A DNA stretch of 63,481 bases, the filler included, from Sphaerodactylus townsendi (lineage: Eukaryota), in assembly GCF_021028975.2 (NCBI RefSeq). It is 4 parts of 4 records of this genome, joined end to end, with 100 filler letters (N's around TTAATTAATTAA, not from the genome) between each part and the next. Parts side by side here need not be neighbours in the genome. Positions count along the whole stretch, not along the records: positions 31,972 to 63,481 come from NC_059427.1; 3 more parts are not named here. One strand, given 5' to 3'. The notes under the pieces are model-generated. The model did not search any database. It saw only the letters and a list, made by a program, of their open reading frames with translations, and was not told where the DNA came from. Below are positions 54,239 to 63,481 of the stretch, one piece after another. Every line of letters starts with the position of its first letter. Position 1 is the stretch's first letter. The position numbers and the translations under genes are program-made.

Positions 54239-54424
54239 CAGTAGTTCTCAACCTGGGGGTCGGGACCCCTTTGGGGGTCGAATGACCCTTTCACAGGGGT
54301 CGCCTAAGACTCTCTGCATCAGTGTTCCCCATCTGTAAAATGGATAAATGTTAGGGTTGGGGGTCACCACAACATGAGAAACTGTATTAAAGGGTCACGG
54401 TATTAGGAAGGTTGAGAACCACTG
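54239..54424. mobile_element. SPIN-family hAT MITE
   Basis: CAGTAGTTCTCAACCTGGGGGTCGGGACCCCTTTGGGGGTCG...GGGGGTCACCACAACATGAG...GAAGGTTGAGAACCACTG matches recalled SPIN_NA/URR1 ends; perfect TSD ATCTATAT. Confidence 0.9.
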
Positions 54425-57018
54425 ATCTATATCACTGTAGAAAAGGAGGGCTCTCAAACCCTGCTTCTGCACAAAATCTGCCCCCCCCCCCCCCCCGGAA
54501 ACCTGAATCCTAAATACAGAGCCAATTGTTCTAATCCAGTATAGCAGTTACCAGATTCCAATGACCCCCTGTCAATAACGTGGCTGGTTATTTAAAAACA
54601 ATTTGCCATATTTACTGGAAAGGAAGTTGACGCTGAATATAAGGTGACCCCCCTTTAAAAATATTATACCCCCTCCACGAAAAAAAAAATATTGGAATTG
54701 GTAATAGTAATTATTGGAAAAATTACTGTTAACTTGTATGCAAATGAGTCCAGGGGAACCTGGTATCTGAAAGAGTGTGCCCACACTTGAAAGCTTATAC
54801 CAAGAATTATACTTTGTTGGTCTTAAAGGTGTCAGTGACCTCAAACCTTTTCCTGCTGTTTCTTACCAACAGGGCTGCCTATCTAAATCCCTCTTTTTTT
54901 GTAACATACCAGGAAAAAAATGCAGGCCTCTTGTGCACTTCCTGTTCACAGAGCAGCCATGTGCTTCACAGTGGAATCTCCCCACTGTTTTCTGTTCCAA
55001 AGGAAAGTCTCCTGCTGCAAAGCATCCCTAGAACAAACTGAGCTGATCCACCATTTTGCCCGCCTGCTGCTGCCTTTCTTGCAACCCCCTTTATGGCGCC
55101 TTTTTGTTTCTCATCTTTGATCTGGCATTATTTTGCAGGATTAATGGTAGGTCGATAGATCCTCACTACTGATGTAAAAAAAAAAACCCCTTCAGATCTC
55201 TCTTAATATAATGGTGGGGCTGGTAGAATTATTGCCTGCCTGCCACTTCCATATATATCCATTGCCTATTTTCCCCCATTCCACTCAAGACCCTTGAGAT
55301 TTTTTATCCTTGCTATACATCCTGGAATCCCTTGAAACTTCCAGATGCCCCATGGAGTATTGCAGGTGCTTGCACTGGAAGATCTTCTAATAGCCTGCTC
55401 ATGCAGTACAGTGAAGCAGAAGAAGATGCCAGAATGTGTGAAGTTAATGTTTTTGTCCCCTGCAGTGAAATCTGCAAACCCACAGCAGGCATCTGATTCT
55501 TCTGTAAGTGTGAGGGGCAGCTGCTCCAAATGTTAGTCTTCTTCCTTTCTAATGCAGCATTTTTCAATGTCCATGGGTCCTGACCCAAACGTAAGTTCTG
55601 AAGCCTGTGGAAGCAGTCAGTATTTCAATTAGGACATGTGGATCACTATACCACAACAGTTGAGGACCACAGCTCCAAAGCATGAAGCTGCTGCTATGGT
55701 TGATCAAAGATTGGCTTCATCTTCTGCCTTTCTAGTGATTGGCCTGGGTGAGATAATATGGTTTTCATTATCTTTCTAACTTGGCATCAGACTCCTATAG
55801 ATCCTGGGTTCCATTCCTATGTAACATGCCAAGATCACAGTAGGGGATACGACAGAGGTGGCCAAACTTGCTTAATGAATAAACATAGGATAAACTTCAG
55901 ATGATTGAGAACCACAAGACATGAACAGATATTGTGCACACATTTTTTCGTTACGTGCACATTTTGTTACAAAACTGGTATGAATATTCAGAAAGACATG
56001 CAAAATAATATTTATTCATGAATGTAATTTTATTAACATGATTGATCTTAACAAATGGATTTTAAATTTAATTTCCCCTACCCCACTTCCTCACTATTCA
56101 GGTTAGATAATAGCAAGGAAGGAAATCAACATCCCAACCCACATCTAGACAACTGTATTGATGTTCCATGTAAACTTATGTGCCACCAATAAAACATGGA
56201 GGAGTGAGGGAGATTAACACACATTCCCAGAATCATATCTCCCAAAGTTCTATTTTTCAGCTGTTTACCTCACTCACCAAAACTTTGGCAGATATTTCTG
56301 CATTGTGTAAAGAGTAAAGAACAAGTAAGAGGGTTTTCTACTTTCCTATGAATGGAATTCAGTAAGTAACAAGAACTTTCCGCTCTCACCTATTAGTTTT
56401 TGTGGGCAGATGGGAATGTTGAGTGGACTTAGGAGGTGGCGGGACAGCCCGGACAGCTGCGGGTAGACATTGGCTCAGCCGGTGCCTGCACTCAGTTCTC
56501 CCCTCCTGCCACCCTAATCACAGAAAACCGGCTAAAAATGACCTACCTGAGTGTCTCCCTGTGCACCCGCTTGTTTCTGGCCATGCTGCCATGCTTTGCT
56601 AGGGAGCCTTGAGCACTTCTGCCTCCTATTCCTGTGCTCAGGCTCTTGCCGTCCCTTCTGGCTTCTCTGCCTCTGGAGCAAAATACGGCATTGTGGCCAG
56701 GGGCAAGGACATGCAGAGCTGGGGACAGGAAAATCCACACCACCCCCAGCCTCCTCGGCTGCAAACCACGTGGCTCACGGGCTGCCGTTTGGTCATCCCA
56801 GGATAGAATTGGACCCCCCTGTCTGCATCACTAAAAAGGCTCATTGTCTTTGGGGCCCCACATATCTCATCTAAGATGGTCACCAGAGCCATGTTGCTCC
56901 CAAGCAGGGGTAGCCGGATCTGCAGCAAATGCTTTGCCTTCTCCGCAAAAGTCAGCACAGCAAGGGTGGCGTGGAGGAGCAAGGCTTAACTTTAGGACCT
57001 CCCCTCAGTTCCCGTATC

Positions 57019-57243
57019 TCACGAAGGTGCGACCCGGCTCCGGAAGCAGTTGCACGTGAGGCATCTGAGCATCTTCATGCTGAAGTGGAAAAGGCCAGGG
57101 AAACGGAAGAGCAGGGTGTAAAAGGTGCCCACAGATAGATGCCCTGAGGAGTCAGCATACTTCAGGGCCACCAGGGGCTTGTACAGGGTGTTGGTCTGCT
57201 TCCGGAACGGTGGGCGTGTCTTGCCAATCACCCTCACGACAGC
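57019..57243 (-). CDS. RDH8: RDH8 last coding exon
   Basis: AVVRVIGKTRPPFRKQTN...RCLTCNCFRSRVAPS*. Acceptor ttcctccag|; candidate AATAAA on the minus strand at 56011-56016. Confidence 0.92.
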   Translation of the reverse strand, partial: AVVRVIGKTRPPFRKQTNTLYKPLVALKYADSSGHLSVGTFYTLLFRFPGLFHFSMKMLRCLTCNCFRSRVAPS

Positions 57244-58434
57244 CTGGAGGAAAGCAAGGCAGAAAGAGATTGGGATTTTGAGGGACGTCTCACTTGAGTC
57301 CTGCCACATCCTTCAACTTTCAGGATTCCTTGGCTTCTAGAGAAGTAAATCTCCAAGTCAAACAGCTGTCTGTGCTGGAGACAGAGAAGGCTGTTACTTT
57401 TAAAAATACTCTGCCCTGTCCTCTTAAAACGCTGATGAGTTCATCATCCTAAAGTGTAATTAAAACACTAAACATGTTTATTACGAGCCCCAAACAATAG
57501 AAATTCCAGTTAAAAGTCCCACTGTCTGTAATAGGTTTGCTAGGAACCCAGGGCCACCAGCAGGAGATGGGGGTGGCAGCGGGTGGGGGCTAGGGTCAGA
57601 GGCGTACCGGGAGACAATGGCGCCTGGGGCAAACCTCCTCAAGCACCCCCTTGCACGCATCCTGCACACCGCTTACTTCAGCCAGCGGAGGAGGGCAGCA
57701 GTGGTCCCGGGGCAGCCTGGAGTCTGCCATGGGCCCTCCGGGTGCCTCTCTGTCAGGTGTGGGGCGATTTTGAGCCCCCCAGGTGATCTAATGGGTGGCC
57801 CCGGGGTCAATTGACCCCCATGTCCCTCTGGCAGATCCGCCCCTGGATAGGGTTGTCAGATCCAGGTTGTGAAACCCCTGGAGGTTTGGGGGTGGAGCCT
57901 GGGGAAGGCCCTTTGCCCTCAGTGGGTCCAATGCCACAGCATCCACCTTCCAAAGCATCCATTTCCTCACAGGGAGCTGATCTCTGTAGTCTGGAGATAA
58001 ACTGTAATTCTGAGCATCCCTAGGTCCCACCTGGTGGCTGGCATCCCAAGTCTGTAAACAACAACTAGCATTATAAGGGTTGCGGGGAATCCTGTTAGTT
58101 AAAGGCCTGGATGAAAGGGAACATTTTTATCTGGTTCTTAAATCTTTCAGGGCCAGGCAGACCTCTGCTGGAGTTTCATAAGTGGGGAACCACTACAGAA
58201 AAAGGTCGCAGACACCTGAACAGCCTATCCATAAATCACCGGCCTGATTGCAACTGGCAATCAGGACATGAACAAAATCTGAAGAGCATCTTTAACCGCC
58301 GTACGGCTCTGCTTTGTATCTTGTCTGCCCAAAATAATTTGATCTGTTCAGATGAGATTTGTGTCCAAGGCTGAGTGCAGAAGACGTTTCCCTCTGTTGC
58401 CCCCCTTTCTTCTGTCTCGCAAATATATCTCTAC

Positions 58435-58618
58435 CTTGGCCACAGATTCAGGAGTTTGGCCCAGGGTGGTGAATATCTCATGTGAGGCAGGCAGATAGAT
58501 CTCCTTGAAGTATTTCACTGTGGCAGGGTCAACTCCTGGGTATTCCGAGCGCGCCACCTCCTCCATCAGCTTCATCTCAAATTCTGTGTTCGCTGGCCCT
58601 GGCTCTACCAGAGAGATA
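58435..58618 (-). CDS. RDH8: RDH8 exon 5
   Basis: ISLVEPGPANTEFEMKLMEEVARSEYPGVDPATVKYFKEIYLPASHEIFTTLGQTPESVAK. Boundaries cttcacag| and |GTAG. Confidence 0.92.
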
Positions 58619-59379
58619 CTGTGAAGGGGGGAGGTACAGAGAAGAGGTTAGTTAGCATGTCAGACTAGGACCTGGGAGACCAGATCTTTGCTCAGCACAA
58701 AATCCTGTGTGACCACAGGCCAATCACTTTATTTCAGTTTAGCCCACCTCACAAGTCTGTTGTGAGAGTGAAGCAACTTACAAACTTCTAATTGCTTAGG
58801 TACATTGTTGTCCCTGAATTATTTGTAGATAGCTTTAAAAGAAGAAGAAGAGTTTGGATTTATATCTCCCCTTTCTCTCCTGTAAAGAGACTCAAAGGGG
58901 TTTGCAATCTCCTTTCCCTTCCCCCCGCCCTCCCTCCCACAACAAACATCCTGTGAGGTGGGTGGGGCTGAGAGAGCTTTGAAGAACTGTGACTAGCCCA
59001 GGTCACGCAGCTGGCATATGTTGGAGTGCACAAGCTAATCTGGTTCACCAGATAAGGCTCCACAGCTCAAGTGGCAGAGCAGGGACTCAAACCCAGCTCC
59101 TCCAGATTAAAGTGCACCTGCCTTTAACCACTACACCGTGCTGGCTTCCCTCCCCTAAAAAAAAACCCCTTTTGCCTTTCTGCTCTGAGCCGTTTTCCCT
59201 CCTGGTTGTGTCATCTTTGCGCTAGGTAATCTGTTTGACTACAGGCAACTCCACCATATCTCTTCATTGGCAGTGATTGGATCATCCCATCAGAACCCAG
59301 ATAGAAGAACTGATTCCCCTCCCTGTTCTCCCTGGGGAAGGCTGGTTAGAAAGAAGACAAGACCGGTGCCATGGGGACT

Positions 59380-60000
59380 GGAGGGACCTCCCCAAGGTAT
59401 AAGGGGAGCAGAAGGTGGCTATTCTATCAAGTCTTTGCATGATCTTATCTTTCATATATCTTTTGGGAACAAAACCTGTTTGATCTACATTTATCATCTC
59501 CTGAATGCACTTTCTTAAGCTCATCACCATTATAGTTGCAAATAGTTTATCCACCAGTGATGTAGCTCCAAGGGAGGGTTGTGCCGTGCCCTGGGCCTAC
59601 GCCGATACAGGGGCGTTCCAGGGCATTCCAGGGCATGGCAGGCGCTGTTCCCCCTTGCTCCAGTCCTGTAATCCACCTTTAGCAATTATATTGGTCTACA
59701 CGTCTGTGGCAGTTCTGGATCATTTCCTTCTTTATATATTGAAGTCATATATGCCTCTTCTCGGGGGGTGGGGGGTGTTCCACGATAGGTATGACTCATT
59801 CATCATGTCTTGAAGAAGTACAATTAATTTTTCTGCCATATATCTGTAATATTCTGAGGTTAAACCATCACATCCTGGAGCTTTGCCCCTTTTCAATTCT
59901 TTTATGGCTTATGATAATTCAACAATGGATAAACTTCTGTTCAAAATATCTCTATGTTCTTCTGTGAATTTCTTCACGTGGATCAAGGCAATATAATCTT
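59380..60000 (-). mobile_element. L1/Tx1 reverse-transcriptase fragment in an RDH8 intron
   Basis: GKAPGCDGLTSEYY and KLFATI...INVDQTGFVPKR motifs. Confidence 0.8.
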
Positions 60001-60513
60001 TTAATGCTACTTGCATGATCTTGCTTGGGTAGGTGGGTAGGGGAGTTGAATGATAACATTACATAGTATATGGCCCTGGAGTTTTTAATACAAAAGAAGA
60101 TCAAGGAGAAAAAACAACAATGAAATATCTTCAGTGATAGAGGAAGTGGAATTCTGCTTTTAAAGGGTAAATGTGACACACTCTACTTACCTAAAAGCAG
60201 AGGCGTGGGGGGGGGGATGGTGCTTGGGGCAAAACCTGCTCCAGCCCCCCCCCCCGCCCCCGGTGCATCCCATTTACCTTAGCCGGCAGGAGCCTGCCAC
60301 GGGCCGCCTGTCGGCCTGGCCGCACCAGGCTGCTCCTTCAACTGGCTTACACAACCTGTGTAATTTATAACATGCAACAAGTCAGTTTTAAAGGGAAGGC
60401 TACTAGTACGTTTCTGGGATGCTTCAGGAAAGGACAATTGTTAATGGAGCTCTCTCCCAGTTGTTCCCAGGCCAAGTGGATGAATTCTGCCTCCTTGAGA
60501 TTTACTCACTCAC

Positions 60514-60607
60514 AAGATATTGAATTTGAGGAGCTGTACTGCTAGACTCTCACAGAATCCTTCGACGGCAAACTTGGAGGCTGCGTAGACATCGTTGAAT
60601 GGAATAC
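60514..60607 (-). CDS. RDH8: RDH8 exon 4 (catalytic YxxxK)
   Basis: [31 protein letters not shown]. Boundaries caaccag| and |GTGAGT; in frame with exons 3 and 5. Not shown as such in the ORF track. Confidence 0.92.
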
Positions 60608-61684
60608 CTGGTTGCAAAGCAAGAGAGCCTTTGGAGCAGCATACAGCTATACCCATCCAACCCATAGACCAGGGGACCCCAATACAGTGCCTGTGGGCAC
60701 CATGGCACCCTCCAACACCTTTTCCTGGTGTTTTTAGAAAGTGGGTAGGGGCATCTAAATCTTTGGCCTAACAAGGCTTCTGTTTGGCCAACGGAAATTG
60801 GAGTAGCTGTACAGATTGGTACAAACATTATTTGGCGTCAGAATTCCGAATGTGCCCACAGGTTCAAAAATGTTGGGGACCCCTGCCACAGACAGTGAGA
60901 TTCTTGAGTAAACAGGAGGTTTACTGTTAATGGGAGATTGAGTGGCTGAAGATAAATCTGGAAAAAAAGGGAATAATATGTTGTTTCTGGATTGGAAGGA
61001 AAGGGCACCTGTTGCCACAGAAGACAAAAATACAGCTTAGCCATCAAATCATGTAGGACTGAACATCATCTTGGTAAATATGGGTTTTCAAAGGCCTGAA
61101 TGCAGAGAATTGAGCAGTAGGAGTACATGACAACTTAACTGCTTCCATCACACTGATGCTGCCTTGCAAATGGCATGTTTTCACTCACTCACTCACACAC
61201 ATACACACACACACCCCGCAAGACAAGTTTGGCTTGGGGTAGAGTTTAAGGCTCTGGCTTGGGAAAAACCTGGCAAATGTTGGTAGACCCTGAGGAGGGT
61301 GGGGTATACTGGGGTATTCAGTGGGGTATACTGCCATAGAGTCCACCTCCCAAAGTGGCTTTTTGCTCCAGATGGACTGATCTGTTACTTGGAGATCAGT
61401 TGTAATAGCGGGCTATCTCCAGCCACTCCCTAGAGGCTGGCAACCCTAGTTGGGGGAAAGAGAATGGAAATGGCATTGCGTAATTTGTAGGGAAGAATTC
61501 GCAAGGGAGTCAAAGATCTGAGCGCCCTGCTATTTGCTCTGACGAGGGGATGCTTACATTGACTTTGACAAGGTCTCGTTCCCTGCAGAGTTTAAAAGAA
61601 GGGTTTGGAGAAGAACCCCTTTAGGTTCAGGTGTCTCTGAATCCTTTCCCTCCCCCCACCCCCTCTCCAGGCATTCCTCCCTAC

Positions 61685-61864
61685 CTTGCAGACCCATGAC
61701 GCTGCTGATCACTACGATGTGCCCACTCTGACGCTGCTTCATTTCAGGGAGAACAGCTTTGATCATGCGAACGGCACCAAAGAAGTTGGCCTCGAATACG
61801 CGCTTCATGTCGTCGATAGAGGTGGACTCCACGGGGCCGACAAGGCCCACACCAGCATTATTCA
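61685..61864 (-). CDS. RDH8: Retinol dehydrogenase 8, exon 3
   Basis: VNNAGVGLVGPVES...NFFGAVRMIKAVLPEMKQRQSGHIVVISSVMGLQ, containing the SDR NNAG motif. Boundaries ctcgcag| and |GTAG; 180 nt. Confidence 0.92.
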
Positions 61865-61934
61865 CTGCGAGATGAGATTGATAGAGTTAAGGACTTCTCC
61901 CCGTTAAACCTCCATCAGTACAAGCCCTGCTAGT

Positions 61935-62835
61935 AAGGTTGCCAACTCTGTGTTGGGAAATACCTGGACATTTGGTGGGTGGAGCCTGAGGAGGGTGGGG
62001 TTTGTGGAGGGAGGAGTTTCCACAGGATATGGGGCCACAAAATCCACCTCCCCAAGTGGCTGTTTTCTCCAGGTGAACTTATTTCTGTCACCTGGAGATC
62101 AAGTGTAATAGTGGGAGACAGAGGCGCAGCTGGCACAGGGACATCCAGGGACAAATGCCCCAGGTGCCCCCATGGGAGTCACCTGGGGGGGGGGAGAAAA
62201 ATGACCCCCACACTTCCAGAAAGGAGGAGGGGCATAACTGGGCCTCGACGCGACGTGTGCATGCCACTCAGGCCAAGGCCTGCCTGGGCAGCGTGCGCAT
62301 GTTGTGCCGAGGCCCAGCAATGCCCCTCCTCCTTCCAAGAAGAAGCTGGGCCTCAGCCGCCCTGTGGTGCCCCTCCACTTACCTGAGTTCAGCTGGCTGC
62401 AAAAAGCAGCCGACTGGAAAAGTAGCCTGGTGGGAACTACACTTCCCAGGAGAGCTTGTGAGCAAGTTGGGGGTCGCAAGGTCTCCTGGGAAGTGTGGTT
62501 CTCACCAGGCTACTTTCCCCACCAGGCTTCAAAAAGCAGCCGGCTAAACTCAGATAAGTGGGGTGGGGGCGCAGGGGGGGTAAGATTCGGAAAGCCATGG
62601 GGGGGGGGGCGCTGGGTGCCATTTCCCCACCCCTACCCCACTGGTGGGAGATCTTCAGCAACCACCTTGAATTTGACAACCGTAACAGTAACCAGGGGTC
62701 TGCAACCTTTGGCTCTCCAGATGTTCATGGACTACAAATCCCATCAGCCCCTGCCAGCATGGCCAATTGGATTTCTGTGATTTGAAGATCAGTTGCAATA
62801 GATCTCCAGCCACCACTAGATGTTTGCAAACCTCT
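61935..62835. mobile_element. MITE with (TA)GGGTTGCCA termini, hAT-Blackjack-like (related copies at 3680-3900, 57848-58050, 61240-61448)
   Basis: Recurrent GGTTGCCAAC...GGAGCCTGAGGAGGG...CTGATCTCTGTAGTCTGGAGATCAGTTG...TGGCAACCCTA. This copy carries nested inserts. Confidence 0.6.
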
Positions 62836-63481
62836 CATTGAAGCAGAGGCACACACCCTGAACTCTGGGAGGAAGCAGATGTGGGGCCAGGACCGCGTCT
62901 CTGGTCCTACACAGCTGAATTAGTTTAAGACTAAATTAGAAAACACCCAAGAAGCAATTTTGAAACAGAAGATAAGTTTACTGGACAGCATAAGTATCTG
63001 ACCAGGGTGTCCCCTTAAGGGTAAGAGGCACACCCCTTCATACAAAGGGACCAATTTTTATAGACGCAAAAATACAGACGTCACACAATCATCATCATAA
63101 GAGTTACATACATAGTCCATACCTCTTTCACGTGCTACAAGCATGTACTTTAAAAATCTCATTGGATAGATGTGTCTCCTTGTCACAGTAAGACAGCCTC
63201 TATTCTACGTATTACATTCCTTCTGTTACTCAAACGCTACATGCTGTTAGCGCGTGTCCTCTACCCATATACAAAGGGCAGCAATAAAAACTAGCTTGTT
63301 GTCTCCAAGAAAAACCTGTTTTTCTTAGTTTTCTAACTTTGCTCCCAGAGAGATATTTCCCCTTCAGGCAATGCAGGCTTGACATACTTTTAGATCATAA
63401 AACTTTTCTTCGATTCCAATACAATGATTTTACAAATATTGATTCTAACAACAATTATACCTTCGATTCTAAGACAATAGA

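Noticed and set aside
54590-54745. Octamer plus PSE/TATA-like motifs suggesting an snRNA promoter
   Set aside because: Spacing does not fit and no snRNA sequence follows.

Overview
This is vertebrate genomic DNA from a squamate reptile, probably a gecko, judged from its repeat content. It is not one continuous locus: four contigs (1-17708, 17809-24504, 24605-31871, 31972-63481) are joined by identical artificial 100-nt spacers (44 N + TTAATTAATTAA + 44 N), so adjacency across spacers is unproven. Contig 1 holds exons 1-2 of GGCX (minus strand) and a divergent CpG-island first exon ending ATG|GTAAGA, probably VAMP8 by synteny. Contig 2 is mostly non-coding, with a Penelope-type hammerhead motif and candidate micro/terminal exons. 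Contig 3 holds an OR5V1-like olfactory receptor broken by a single in-frame TAA. Contig 4 is a replication-dependent histone cluster (3' end of H2A, H3.2, divergent H2A/H2B, H4) with a decayed ERV carrying an alpharetrovirus-like env TM, and exons 3-6 of RDH8. The most notable feature is an intact, intronless pseudouridine-5'-phosphatase (PUDP/HDHD1) retrogene inside the histone cluster, head-to-head with H4 across a ~440-bp shared promoter. Mobile elements are abundant: SINEs, LINE fragments, and hAT and PIF/Harbinger MITEs, including SPIN- and hAT1-type elements with intact TSDs. Gene and family names come from recalled sequence similarity, not from a search.
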